NCBI GenBank assembly: GCA_029937545.1
Contig: JAPYPR010000002.1
Location: 129,115-193,114 of the forward strand
Direction: 5' to 3'
Origin: Erythrobacter sp.
GTDB lineage: Bacteria > Pseudomonadota > Alphaproteobacteria > Sphingomonadales > Sphingomonadaceae
DNA: 64,000 bases
The notes beneath the pieces are model-generated. The model worked only from the letters and a program-made list of their open reading frames with translations, was not told the origin of the DNA and made no database searches. Both the position numbers and the translations under genes were made by a program. Of this stretch, positions 47,798 to 58,056 are shown piece by piece. How positions within the stretch are numbered: position 1 is the stretch's first letter; every line of letters starts with the position of its first letter.

Positions 47798-48361
47798 ATG
47801 AAGATCAGCGGCGTGGACATCCGTCCGGGCAACATCATCGAATACGAAGGCGGCATCTGGAAGGTCGCCAAGATCCAGCATACCCAGCCCGGCAAGGGCG
47901 GCGCCTACATGCAGGTCGAAATGAAGAACCTGCAGGATGGCCGCAAGACCAACGTGCGCTTCCGCAGCGCCGACACGGTCGAAAAGGTGCGGCTCGACAC
48001 GCAGGACTATCAGTTCCTTTACGAAGACGGCGACATGCTCGTGTTCATGGACCAGAACACGTACGAGCAGATCAACCTGCCGAGCGACCTGTTGGGCGAT
48101 GCCCGCCCGTTCTTGCAGGACGGCATGCAGGTAAAGCTTGAACTGTGGGAAGAAAAGCCGATTTCGGTAGAACTGCCGCAGCAGGTCGAAGCCGAGATCG
48201 TCGAGGCCGACGCCGTGGTGAAGGGGCAAACCGCTTCGTCCAGCTACAAGCCCGCCGTGCTCGACAACGGCGTTCGCATCATGGTGCCGCCGCATATCGA
48301 GAGCGGCACGCGCATTGTCGTCGACGTCTACGAACAGAGCTACGTCGGCAAGGCCAATTAG
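47798..48361 (+). CDS. efp: Translation elongation factor P
   Basis: [27 protein letters not shown]. Confidence 0.98.
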   Translation: MKISGVDIRPGNIIEYEGGIWKVAKIQHTQPGKGGAYMQVEMKNLQDGRKTNVRFRSADTVEKVRLDTQDYQFLYEDGDMLVFMDQNTYEQINLPSDLLGDARPFLQDGMQVKLELWEEKPISVELPQQVEAEIVEADAVVKGQTASSSYKPAVLDNGVRIMVPPHIESGTRIVVDVYEQSYVGKAN

Positions 48362-48373
48362 AGGACGCGCATC

Positions 48374-48724
48374 ATGGGCAAATCCATCGCCAGCCGATTC
48401 GAGAATATCGACATCGAGAAGAGCGTCCTTTTGGGCGTGATCATCAATGACGACGAACTGGTGCTGGAGATGGATTTCTGCCTTGATCCCGCTCACGCCG
48501 ACTACGAGGAGCCCGGTGAGGGCGAAGACTGCTGCTTCCATCCCGGAATGCTGAAATTCGCAGGAATTTCGAAGCTGTCGCTCGACCGGCCTGAGGGCGG
48601 AGTCGACGGCAAGAAACGCTTCGATATCTCCGAGTTCAGCATCGAAGGCTCGCGCTTCGACATGCGCTCCGAATGGGGCAACATCCATCTCCAGGCGCGT
48701 TCGATCCGCGTCCTTACCGAATAA
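48374..48724 (+). CDS. Hypothetical protein
   Basis: Co-oriented ORF with host-like codon use between efp and suhB. Confidence 0.7.
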   Translation: MGKSIASRFENIDIEKSVLLGVIINDDELVLEMDFCLDPAHADYEEPGEGEDCCFHPGMLKFAGISKLSLDRPEGGVDGKKRFDISEFSIEGSRFDMRSEWGNIHLQARSIRVLTE

Positions 48725-48734
48725 GAGAGTTGCC

Positions 48735-49553
48735 ATGGCCGCATTGTCGGGACTGATTCGCGTGATGGAAAAGGCCGCGCGCAAGGCGGGCGGGCGCCTC
48801 CGCCGCGATTTCGGCGAAATCGAACATTTGCAGGTCAGCCGCAAGGGCCCTGCCGACTTCGTTTCGAAAGCCGACATCCGCGCCGAACGCACGCTGTACG
48901 ACGAGCTCAAGCTGGCGCGGCCGGAATGGGGCTTCGTGCTGGAAGAGGCGGGCACGATCGAAGGCGCACCCGACCAGCCGCGCTGGATCATCGATCCGCT
49001 CGACGGCACCAGCAACTTCCTCCACGGCATCCCGCATTTCGCCATCTCGATCGCGGCGCAGGAGCCCAAGCTCGGTGGTGGCGGCTGGGGCGATGTCACC
49101 GCAGCCGTCGTCTACCAGCCGATCACGGACGAGACCTTCTGGGCGGAAAAATCGCGTGGTGCGTGGTTGCACGATGGCCGCCTGCGGGTATCTTCCCGCC
49201 GCAATCTGTCCGACGCGCTGATCGCGACCGGCATCCCCTTCCAGGGTGTCGGCAATTTCGACGAATGGTCGCGAATTTATGGCGCGATTGGCCCGAACGT
49301 AGCAGGTATCCGCCGCTTTGGTGCCGCATCCCTTGATCTCGCCTGGGTCGCCGCTGGCCGCTTCGACGGCTTTTGGGAAAGCAGCCTCAGCCCGTGGGAC
49401 ACCGCTGCCGGCGGTTTGCTAGTACGTGAGGCTGGCGGTTTCATCACCGACTATCGCGGTCGCTCCAAACCGGTGCATGACGAGCAGATCCTCGCAGCCA
49501 ACGATGCGCTGCATTCGAAGCTGCACAAGTTGCTCGTCTCTGCGCTCAAATAG
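48735..49553 (+). CDS. suhB: Inositol monophosphatase family protein
   Basis: DFVSKAD, WIIDPLDGTSNF, GAASLDLA, WDTAAG. Confidence 0.93.
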   Translation: MAALSGLIRVMEKAARKAGGRLRRDFGEIEHLQVSRKGPADFVSKADIRAERTLYDELKLARPEWGFVLEEAGTIEGAPDQPRWIIDPLDGTSNFLHGIPHFAISIAAQEPKLGGGGWGDVTAAVVYQPITDETFWAEKSRGAWLHDGRLRVSSRRNLSDALIATGIPFQGVGNFDEWSRIYGAIGPNVAGIRRFGAASLDLAWVAAGRFDGFWESSLSPWDTAAGGLLVREAGGFITDYRGRSKPVHDEQILAANDALHSKLHKLLVSALK

Positions 49554-49664
49554 CGGCGTGACCGCGTCCCTCTTCGGGTCAACGAGGGATGCATTTCATT
49601 TGTAAATCGGGAACTCGCCAAGCCTGACGAGCGTCCTTTCTTCAGAAGGAAAGGTTGGTCGCAG

Positions 49665-50003
49665 GTGAAGCTGGCTATCGGAATTGCATTCTCGTGCGCG
49701 GTATGTGCGCTTCCGGTCGCCGCCGATCTAGATCAGCCCGCGCAGAGTAAGAGTAAGGCCGAAAATCTTCCGCTTGATTCGACGTTCGATCTCGCCGCAC
49801 CCGACCGCATCGACGCCAGACGCGTTATGCAAGGCGAACCCCTACTGCCCCGCGGTACCGACATTCGCGTCGTCGCTTGGGATCCGCCGGTTGTGATCGT
49901 CGCTCTCGTCAAAGACGGCCCGGTCCTGACTGCAGGCGCCCTCGGAAAACCCCGCAAGGGACTGCCGGGGTTGGCACATGTCGCGATCGGATGGGATTTC
50001 TGA
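49665..50003 (+). CDS. Hypothetical exported protein
   Basis: Signal-peptide-like N-terminus; ends in an aromatic residue (IGWDF). Confidence 0.5.
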   Translation: MKLAIGIAFSCAVCALPVAADLDQPAQSKSKAENLPLDSTFDLAAPDRIDARRVMQGEPLLPRGTDIRVVAWDPPVVIVALVKDGPVLTAGALGKPRKGLPGLAHVAIGWDF

Positions 50004-50071
50004 AGCAAGCGATTTCGGCGCTTGTATCGCCCGCGCCCTCAAGCTATCCGCCGCGCTCTTGCCCGCACAGT

Positions 50072-50155
50072 GCCCCTGTGGCGGAATTGGTAGACGCGCT
50101 CGACTCAAAATCGAGTTTCTTTGAAGTGCCGGTTCGAGTCCGGCCAGGGGTACCA
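50072..50155 (+). tRNA. tRNA-Leu(CAA)
   Basis: GCCCCTGTGGCGGAATTGGTAGACGCGCTCGACTCAAAATCGAG...GGTTCGAGTCCGGCCAGGGGTACCA; 84 nt with variable arm. Confidence 0.96.
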
Positions 50156-50249
50156 GGCTTTCCGCTCAAAGCGGTGTAACCTTTCACATCCTTTCGGCGA
50201 ACAGCGGGTGAAGCGGTATTGAGCCGCGAAATCCGAAAGGGCTCCCATC

Positions 50250-50899
50250 ATGACCGATACTGATCGCGCGCCAGTCCGTCTGCTAAGCATCGCCCTGCTT
50301 GTTACCGTTGCCAACCAGCTTTTCTACATCACCGTCGTGCGCGGTGCCGGGCCCGAGACTGTGCTGAGGCCAGCTATCTGGTTTGCCGAGCTGTTTGCGT
50401 TTCTCTCGATCGCGCTCGCAGCCTTCACCCTCGCAATCCGCAGGCCCGACCAGCCGTGCTTTGGGTTACTCTTGCCATCGCCGGAATCCTCAATGTGCTG
50501 CAGGTTGCTGTCGGGCTCTCCATGTTCGGTCCGGCGAGCGAAGGCGAACCGCAACTCATCGCGACGGTCCTGGCCGGCGCATTCTTCCTGTATTTTCTGG
50601 CCAAGCTTTTGCTGGCAGGTACCGGCATCGCATTCGGGCTGATCGCCCTCCGCGACAACACGGCGCTGACCAAGGCGCTTGGAGGGCTCACTATGATCGC
50701 AGGGCCGGCCGCCGCCGCACTGAACCTACTGGCGATGATCGATTCGAAGGCATGGATGTTTGCCGCCGGGGCATCCGGCACGGCAGCGACCGGCCTTCTC
50801 GCCATCCTCCTGCTTGTCGCCGACAACCTGTTGGGCGCGACCGTCGCGGGTTCTCGACAAGCGCCTGACTTCGCGAAAATCCTTGTCATCCGGGCTTAG
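50250..50899 (+). pseudogene. Multi-TM membrane protein split by one frameshift near 50456
   Basis: Hydrophobic ORF 50250 continues in another frame as LWVTLAIAGILNVLQV (ORF 50456-50899). Confidence 0.65.
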
Positions 50900-50920
50900 G
50901 GATGGAATTGCCTCGCCCGG

Positions 50921-52720
50921 ATGATCGGGATGCCTTCATACCATGCGATCGCGGCTATGGTGGTCACGATCTGGATGTTCGTCGCGTTCGCCCGCGGGCG
51001 GATGTCGGTCGAAATCATCTCGCTTCTCACCATCGCGGTAATCGCAGTCGGCCTGTACTTCTTCCCGCTCCCCGAGACCCAGCCGACCGACGGTTTGGCG
51101 CTCGCGTTTTCGGGCTTCGGCCACTACGCACTGATAACGATCTGTGCCCTCATGATCATGGGCAGGGGGTTGGTGGTAACCGGCGCTCTGGAACCGGCGG
51201 CCCGCTTTCTCGAGCGGTTGTTCAAGGTCAATCTCCAGCTCGGCCTGCTGTTCTCGCTGGTCGTCACTTTCCTGCTATCGATGGGCGTCAACAACACGCC
51301 CGTACTCGTGCTACTGATGCCGATCTTCGTGCAGCTGGCCATGCGCGGCGCGATGGCGGCGTCGAAGACCTTGATCCCGCTCAACGCCGCCTCGCTGATG
51401 GGCGGCATGGCGACGACCATCGGGACCTCGACCAATATACTGGTGGTGTCCATCGCAGTCGATCTCGGCATGCCGGAGATGGGTGTTTTTCACTTCACGC
51501 CGATTGTGCTCATCGCTTCGCTTGTGGCGCTGCCCTTTGTCTGGATCGTGATGCCTCGCTTGCTCGGGGACAACCGCGTGGAGTCGGTTCATTCGCATCG
51601 CTTGTTCGAGACCCGGTTGCGGGTGACCGAGGACTCCGTCCTGAATGGTCGCGAACTGTCCGAAGTGTCCTCCCGCCTTCCAGCAGGCATCGAGTTTCAC
51701 GACGTTCCCGTCGGATTGCTGCGCCCACAGCACCGCTTGCGGATGACCGGGACGCATGAGGCGATCGAAGAAGCGATGGCAACCTTGCGCGGCGATGCCG
51801 CCCCCAGCTGGGTGATCGACCGGATCCGGCGTCGCTCGAACGAAACCGGGATCGACATCGCCGTCGTCGAAATGATCGTCACGGCGGACTCACGCCTGAT
51901 CGGACGTACCTTGCCGAGTTCTGGCATTGCCGATCTTTACGGAGTCGCGGTCATCGGTACCCACCGGCCGGATCGCATCGTCGGCGAGAAGGAGCAATTT
52001 TCCGAGGGCGGGGATCATCGTTTCGCTGAAGGCGACGTGCTGCTGGTCATGGGCCTGCCCGACGATATGGAGCACTTCGCGCGGTCCGACAGCTTGCTGC
52101 AACTCGAGGGCATGCGCGAATTGCCGCGGCGTTCCAAGGCGACCCTGGCAGCGACTATCATGGGCGGCTCGCTGTCGCTGGCGTCGGTCGGCCTCATTCC
52201 GATTGCGATCGCTGCGCTGGCCGGGGCAATCCTGATGTTCGTCACCGGCTGCGTAAAGTTCGATCGCGTCGGGCGCGGCCTTTCGGGCAGCGTCATCGTG
52301 CTGATTGCCGCCAGTATCGCATTGGGCCGTATCATCCTGGACAGCGGAGCCGCCGACTGGATCGGCACGGTCATGGCAGTGGGGCTCGACTACCTCTCGC
52401 CCGCCGCGGCGCTGGCAGCGATCATGCTGGCGATGACCTTCCTCACGAATTTCGCTTCGAATGCCACGGCCGCCACGGTGGGCACGCCTATCGCATTCGC
52501 CATCGCGGCCAAGCTGGGTCTGCCCGCAGAGCCGCTGGTCCTCGCCGTGCTGTTCGGCTGCAATCTGTGTTACGCGACGCCGATCGCCTACCAGACCAAC
52601 ATGCTCATCATGGCCGAGGGATCCTACGAGTTTAAGGACTACGTCCGCACAGGCGTTCCGCTGGTCCTGATCATGGTTGCCGCCTTGTCGATACTATTGG
52701 TCATGACATACGGTCTGTAG
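50921..52720 (+). CDS. SLC13/DASS permease with TrkA-C domains
   Basis: VNNTP, TTIGTSTN, central TrkA-C repeats, SNATAA, TPIAYQTN. Confidence 0.9.
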   Translation: MIGMPSYHAIAAMVVTIWMFVAFARGRMSVEIISLLTIAVIAVGLYFFPLPETQPTDGLALAFSGFGHYALITICALMIMGRGLVVTGALEPAARFLERLFKVNLQLGLLFSLVVTFLLSMGVNNTPVLVLLMPIFVQLAMRGAMAASKTLIPLNAASLMGGMATTIGTSTNILVVSIAVDLGMPEMGVFHFTPIVLIASLVALPFVWIVMPRLLGDNRVESVHSHRLFETRLRVTEDSVLNGRELSEVSSRLPAGIEFHDVPVGLLRPQHRLRMTGTHEAIEEAMATLRGDAAPSWVIDRIRRRSNETGIDIAVVEMIVTADSRLIGRTLPSSGIADLYGVAVIGTHRPDRIVGEKEQFSEGGDHRFAEGDVLLVMGLPDDMEHFARSDSLLQLEGMRELPRRSKATLAATIMGGSLSLASVGLIPIAIAALAGAILMFVTGCVKFDRVGRGLSGSVIVLIAASIALGRIILDSGAADWIGTVMAVGLDYLSPAAALAAIMLAMTFLTNFASNATAATVGTPIAFAIAAKLGLPAEPLVLAVLFGCNLCYATPIAYQTNMLIMAEGSYEFKDYVRTGVPLVLIMVAALSILLVMTYGL

Positions 52721-52759
52721 GCCGATTGCGGTTGCTCCGGCCGGCTGCCGACATTTGAA

Positions 52760-54106
52760 ATGAGGGAGAAAACCGTGCTCAAATTCACTCCAGTATCGAT
52801 GGCGGCGTTGGCTATCGCTGTCGCAAGCCCGGCGCAGGCCGACGATCTTCGTACCGATTTGCAGGCCGATATGCCGGATTTGATGGAGCTTTACCGCCAC
52901 TTGCACGCCAATCCCGAACTCAGCTTCGAGGAACACGAGACGGCTGCGAAACTGGCGAAGCGGATGAAGGCGCTCGGCTTCGAAGTCACCGAAGGCGTCG
53001 GCCGGACCGGCGTGGTTTCGGTCATGCGGAATGGCGAGGGCCCGACCGTGATGTTGAGGGCCGACATGGACGGGCTGCCCGTAGTCGAACAGACCGGATT
53101 GCCTTACGCGAGCACCGTCACCGCCACTCCTGCTAGCGGTGTTACGACCGGCGTGATGCACGCCTGCGGTCACGACACGCATATGGCCGGTTTCATCGGC
53201 GCGGCGCAGCTGCTGGCCGAGCGCAAGGACGACTGGCAGGGCACGCTGGTCATGATCCTGCAACCGGCGGAAGAGCTGGGGCTGGGCGCGCTGGCGATGA
53301 TCGAGGACGGACTCTACACCCGCTTTCCCAAACCGGACTATGCATTGGCTTTCCACGATGCCGCAGCGCCCGCGCCTGCCGGGACGATCGGCTATACGCT
53401 AGGGTTCGCCCTTGCCAATGTCGACAGTGTCGATATCACGGTAAAGGGCATCGGTGGGCATGGTGCCTATCCGCACACGACGGTCGACCCGGTGGTGCTC
53501 GCCAGCTCGATCGTGATGAAGCTGCAGACGGTGGTGAGCCGCAATTCCTCCCCGCTCGATCCAGCCGTCATCACCGTGGGCAGCTTCCACGCAGGCGCAA
53601 AGCACAACATCATTTCCGACGAGGCCAAGCTGCAGCTCACCGTGCGCAGCTACTCGGACGAGAGCCGCAAGCTTTTGCTCGATGGCATCCGCCGCGTGGC
53701 CCGGGGCGAGGCGATCACCGCCGGGCTGCCGGAAAATCTGATGCCGGAGATCGCGGTCGAGGATACCTATACGCCTTCGACTTTCAACGATGTCGACTTC
53801 AGCAACGAGATGGCGGCTGCTTTCAAGGCGCGTTTTGGCGAGGAGCGGGTGATGGAATGGCCGCCGGTCATGGGCGGCGAAGATTTCAGCCAGTTCCGCC
53901 GCGCCGATCCGGAGAATATCGACAGCATGATCTTCTGGATCAGCGGCACCCCGCAACCGATGCTCGAGGCGCTCGAAAAGGACGGCACGCCGCTGCCTTC
54001 ACTGCATTCGCCATTCTGGGCACCCGATGCGGAAAAGGTAATTGCCACCGGTGCCGAAGCGCTGGCAAGTGCGGCCCTTGACCTGATGCCGCGCGAGGGC
54101 GGCTAA
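52760..54106 (+). CDS. M20 family amidohydrolase
   Basis: HANPELSFEE, LRADMDGLP, HACGHD, QPAEE, GGEDF. Confidence 0.92.
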   Translation: MREKTVLKFTPVSMAALAIAVASPAQADDLRTDLQADMPDLMELYRHLHANPELSFEEHETAAKLAKRMKALGFEVTEGVGRTGVVSVMRNGEGPTVMLRADMDGLPVVEQTGLPYASTVTATPASGVTTGVMHACGHDTHMAGFIGAAQLLAERKDDWQGTLVMILQPAEELGLGALAMIEDGLYTRFPKPDYALAFHDAAAPAPAGTIGYTLGFALANVDSVDITVKGIGGHGAYPHTTVDPVVLASSIVMKLQTVVSRNSSPLDPAVITVGSFHAGAKHNIISDEAKLQLTVRSYSDESRKLLLDGIRRVARGEAITAGLPENLMPEIAVEDTYTPSTFNDVDFSNEMAAAFKARFGEERVMEWPPVMGGEDFSQFRRADPENIDSMIFWISGTPQPMLEALEKDGTPLPSLHSPFWAPDAEKVIATGAEALASAALDLMPREGG

Positions 54107-54129
54107 ACCGACAACTGCGGAAAAAGTGT

Positions 54130-54163
54130 GGCCGCCGGAGCGCTTGGGGTCGCTCCGACGGCC
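54130..54163. terminator. Hairpin between convergent genes (probable terminator)
   Basis: GGCCGCCGGAGCG / CGCTCCGACGGCC 13-bp stem with 1 mismatch. Confidence 0.5.
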
Positions 54164-54206
54164 GTATTCTCCTCCCCAGGAGAATCGATTGTCAGGTTAG
54201 GGCCTG

Positions 54207-54413
54207 TCAGCCGTCCGACGGCACATAGGTGCCGAGCCGATGGTGCAGCGCGTTGATCTTCGCCAGTTCCTCGCGATCCTCGATCTGCCGGGCGTAGGCC
54301 GTAAGCGCGGTGCGCAGCAGGCGGAAGTCGGCGGTCGAGAACAGGGCGCGGGCGCGGCCGGGTTCGGTTTTCCCAGGTTGAGTCTGGGGGGGGTCTTCGG
54401 TCATCGTCGTCAT
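54207..54413 (-). CDS. Small hypothetical protein downstream of aceA
   Basis: SD GAGGAG/GAGAGG; RARALFSTADFRLLR...LHHRLG. Confidence 0.65.
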   Translation of the reverse strand: MTTMTEDPPQTQPGKTEPGRARALFSTADFRLLRTALTAYARQIEDREELAKINALHHRLGTYVPSDG

Positions 54414-54424
54414 CCTCTCACTCC

Positions 54425-56023
54425 TCAGGCAGCGGCAAACTGGTTCATTGTGTTGTCCTTGCCGCCGGCCTTCAGGGCTGCCTCGCCGGCAAAGTATTCC
54501 TTGTGGTCGTCCCCGATGTCGGATCCGGCCATGTTTTGGTGCTTCACGCAGGCGATACCCTGGCGGATTTCCTCGCGCTGCACGTTCTTGACGTATCCGA
54601 GCATCGCCTGTTCCCCGAAGTATTCCTTCGCAAGGTTGTCGGTGCTCAATGCTGCAGTGTGGTAGGTCGGCAGGGTGATGAGGTGGTGGAAGATGCCCGC
54701 GCGCTTCGCAGCATCGGCCTGGAAAGTGCGGATCTTCTCGTCGGCTTCGGCGGCCAGTTCGGTGCCGTCGTAATCGACGCTCATCAGCTTGTCGCGATCG
54801 AACGCGCTCACATCCTTGCCGGCTTCTGCCCAAGCATCATAAACTTGTTGGCGGAAGTTCAGCGTCCAGTTGAAGCTGGGCGAGTTGTTGTAGACCAGCT
54901 TGGCATTCGGGATCACTTCGCGCACCCGATCGACCATGCCGGCGATCTGCTCGACATGCGGCTTTTCGGTTTCGATCCACAGCAGGTCGGCGCCCGCTTC
55001 CAGGGCGGTGATACAGTCGAGTACACAGCGGTCTTCACCGGTTCCGGCGCGGAACTGGTAAAGGTTGCTGGGCAGACGCTTGGGCGCGAGCAGCTTGCCG
55101 TCGCGGCTGATGAAAACCTGTCCATTCGTAATCTCGGCCGAATCGACTTCGGCGCAATCGAGGAAACTGTTGTACTTGTCGCCGAGGTCGCCTGGTTCCT
55201 GCGAGTAGGCAATGGACTTAGTCAGCCCGGCGCCGAGGCTGTCGGTGCGGGCAACGATGATCCCCTCGGGGATGCCGAGCTCGAGAAAAGCGTAACGGAT
55301 CGCACGGATCTTCTGGTGGAATTCCTCGTGCGGCACGGTGACCTTGCCGTCCTGGTGACCGCACTGCTTCTCGTCCGACACCTGGTTTTCGATCTGCAGC
55401 GCGCAGGCACCGGCTTCGATCATCTTCTTGGCGAGCAGGTAAGTCGCCTCGGCGTTGCCGAACCCGGCGTCGATATCGGCGATGATCGGCACAACATGCG
55501 TTTCATGGTCGTCGATCGCCTTTTGCAGGCGCTGGGCTTCGACCTCATCGCCGTTCTCGCGAGCCGTATCCAGTTCGCGGAACATATCACCGAGTTCGCG
55601 GGAGTCGGCCTGCTTCAGGAAAGTGTAGAGCTCTTCGATCAGCGACGGTACGCTGGTCTTTTCGTGCATCGACTGGTCGGGCAGGGGACCGAAATCGCTG
55701 CGCAATGCGGCGACCATCCAGCCCGAGAGGTAGAGATAACGGCGCTTGGTGCTGCCGAAATGCTTCTTGATCGAGATCATCTTCTGCTGGGCGATGAAAC
55801 CGTGCCAGGTGCCGAGCGACTGCGTATAGTTCGCCGGATCGCGGTCATAGGCTTCCATGTCCTCGCGCATGATCTTCGCGGTGTATTTCGCGATGTCGAG
55901 CCCGGTGCGGAAGCGGTTCTGCACGACCATGCGCGCAGCGCTTTCGGCGTCGATCGCGCCCCAGGGTGCGCCATTGGCAGCGATGGTTTCGTTCAGTTCC
56001 TTGATCCGGGCCTGGTAGGTCAC
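54425..56023 (-). CDS. aceA: Isocitrate lyase (long form)
   Basis: YLSGWMVA, IADIDAGFG, EKQCGHQDGK, LWIETEKP, YNNSPSFNW. Confidence 0.96.
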   Translation of the reverse strand: MTYQARIKELNETIAANGAPWGAIDAESAARMVVQNRFRTGLDIAKYTAKIMREDMEAYDRDPANYTQSLGTWHGFIAQQKMISIKKHFGSTKRRYLYLSGWMVAALRSDFGPLPDQSMHEKTSVPSLIEELYTFLKQADSRELGDMFRELDTARENGDEVEAQRLQKAIDDHETHVVPIIADIDAGFGNAEATYLLAKKMIEAGACALQIENQVSDEKQCGHQDGKVTVPHEEFHQKIRAIRYAFLELGIPEGIIVARTDSLGAGLTKSIAYSQEPGDLGDKYNSFLDCAEVDSAEITNGQVFISRDGKLLAPKRLPSNLYQFRAGTGEDRCVLDCITALEAGADLLWIETEKPHVEQIAGMVDRVREVIPNAKLVYNNSPSFNWTLNFRQQVYDAWAEAGKDVSAFDRDKLMSVDYDGTELAAEADEKIRTFQADAAKRAGIFHHLITLPTYHTAALSTDNLAKEYFGEQAMLGYVKNVQREEIRQGIACVKHQNMAGSDIGDDHKEYFAGEAALKAGGKDNTMNQFAAA

Positions 56024-56176
56024 GGGTATTCTCCTAAAAATGTGTCTGGCGGGATCGCCTTGAGCGCAAGGTGGGGGAGAGACGCCGCTCGCGATAGGAA
56101 AATTTACAAACTTTCTTGTCTAAATGGCTGATCTAGGGCATTTTGGCATGTAAAGATGTAAAGAAAGTGACTCCAC

Positions 56177-57559
56177 ATGGCCGATGAAGCGTTGTTCGCT
56201 GGACCCGCCATTCGCCGCTTGCGCAAGCGCGAAGGCCTGACGCAAGCCGCCACGGCGGCCCGGCTCGACATTTCGCCCAGCTATTTGAACCTCATCGAAC
56301 GCAATCGAAGACCTCTCAGTGCGCGCGTGGTTATGCAGCTGGTGGATCAGTTCGATTTCGATCCGCGCAATTTGCGCGAGGATGAGGCGATCGGTGGTCT
56401 CGATGGCCTCTCACGCCGCTTTGCCGACGAGCGTTTCGCCGATCTCGGGATCGACCGCGATGAGTTGCAGGAGTTCCTCTCTGTCGCCCCACAGGCGGCG
56501 GCAGCGTTCGCGCGCCTTTACGACAATGCTGGATCGGCCATCGCCATTGACGATGGCCCTCTGGTGGCTTCGCGTCGCGAGATCGAGAAATGGCGTAATC
56601 ATTTCGCCGATCTCGATCTCGCAGCCGAAGAGCTTGCCGACGAGATGCGCCTCTCGCGCGGCGACATTGGTCTTGCCCTGACCGAGCGACTGCGGGAGCG
56701 GCACCAGCTTTCGGTGCGCATCCTGCCGCGCGAGGTCATGCCGGACAGCCTCCGGCGGCTAGATCTCCATGCCCGCCAGGTGCAGCTGTCGGAAATGCTC
56801 AGCCATGCATCGCGCAATTTCCAGCTCGCCCTGCAACTCGCCCAGCTCGAATATCGCGAAGTGATCGATTCCATCGCCAAAGGCGCGAGGTTCAATGATG
56901 ACGCGGCCCGAGCGCTCTTTTCGCGGCACCTGACCGGCTATTTCGCGGCAGCGCTGTTGATGCCTTACAGCCGCTTCCTGCGTGCGTGTGAGGCAACAGG
57001 GTACGACTTGCCCGTCCTCGAACGGCGGTTCGGCGTGAGTTTCGAGCAGCTCGCGCATCGCCTGACGACCCTACAGCGCGTTGGCCAGCGCGGCCTGCCC
57101 TTCTTCATGGTGCGGCTCGATCGTGCTGGGCAATTCTCGAAGACCTTCACCGGCGCAAGCACCGCGCGGTTCATCAATTCCGATACGAGTTGCCCCCTGT
57201 GGCACGCCCATCGCGCCTTCGAGCGCTCCGGAGAATTGCAGGTTCAGTTCGTCGCCCTCGATGTGGCGGGTGAGCGGGAAGGCGGGTGGCTCACACTGGC
57301 GCGGACCGTAGAGGGCAGCGGTGCACCGGGCGAAGCGCAATTTGTCGTCGCTCTGGGTGTCGAGGCCGTCCTTGCAGAGGAACTCGCACAGGCCAGGGGT
57401 ATTTCTCTTCGCTCCCAGGATGCCCAGCGGATCGGGCCGGGGTGCGCCAACTGTCACAGGAAGCAATGCTCACAGCGATCCTTGCCTCCCCGGGGGCGGG
57501 CGCTGTCCTTCGATACCGTCCGACGCGGCGTCACCCCATTCGAGTTCGCGAGCGATTAA
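56177..57559 (+). CDS. XRE-family short-chain fatty acyl-CoA regulator (RamB/ScfR-like)
   Basis: N-terminal HTH (ISPSYLNLIERNRRPL), FAAALLMPY, SFEQLAHRLTTLQR, CPLW; divergent from aceA. Confidence 0.9.
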   Translation: MADEALFAGPAIRRLRKREGLTQAATAARLDISPSYLNLIERNRRPLSARVVMQLVDQFDFDPRNLREDEAIGGLDGLSRRFADERFADLGIDRDELQEFLSVAPQAAAAFARLYDNAGSAIAIDDGPLVASRREIEKWRNHFADLDLAAEELADEMRLSRGDIGLALTERLRERHQLSVRILPREVMPDSLRRLDLHARQVQLSEMLSHASRNFQLALQLAQLEYREVIDSIAKGARFNDDAARALFSRHLTGYFAAALLMPYSRFLRACEATGYDLPVLERRFGVSFEQLAHRLTTLQRVGQRGLPFFMVRLDRAGQFSKTFTGASTARFINSDTSCPLWHAHRAFERSGELQVQFVALDVAGEREGGWLTLARTVEGSGAPGEAQFVVALGVEAVLAEELAQARGISLRSQDAQRIGPGCANCHRKQCSQRSLPPRGRALSFDTVRRGVTPFEFASD

Positions 57560-57643
57560 CCAACAAACTGTGCCCCGCGCGGAACCGGATTTCGCGATGG
57601 AGCGTTCGCTCGCCAATAAAAGTCTATCAGGGAGCGCACGCTC

Positions 57644-57940
57644 ATGACCGAAGAACGTATCACCGAGACGACCACCCCTTCGGGCAACACGCATACGACC
57701 CACACTGTCGTCACCGATAACGAGCCCCGGAAGAGCGGCGGTGCGAGCTGGGGCCTGCTGATCCTGCTGGCCGTCGTGGCGATCGTGGGTGTCATCATCT
57801 TCACGCAGATGAGCGGCGCCGAAGTCGCCAAGGACAATGCGGTTGCCGATGCGGCCGGCGATGTCGGTGAGGCTGCTGGCCAGGTCGGCGATGCGGCCCA
57901 GAACGCAGGCGACGCCGTTTCGGACGCCGTCCAGCGATAA
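57644..57940 (+). CDS. Small single-TM hypothetical protein
   Basis: One TM segment followed by Ala/Asp-rich repeats. Confidence 0.7.
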   Translation: MTEERITETTTPSGNTHTTHTVVTDNEPRKSGGASWGLLILLAVVAIVGVIIFTQMSGAEVAKDNAVADAAGDVGEAAGQVGDAAQNAGDAVSDAVQR

Positions 57941-58056
57941 TCGCTACACTCGCTCGCCTTCTCGCAAGCGCTGGTTATTGTGTAAAGTTTACCGACGGTT
58001 CATCCCTCGCTGCTAGTCAAGAATTCCGACACCACCAATTTCGCGAGCGCGACCGG

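Noticed and set aside
54503-56131. 542-aa + strand ORF opposite aceA
   Set aside because: Antisense artefact of GC3 bias.
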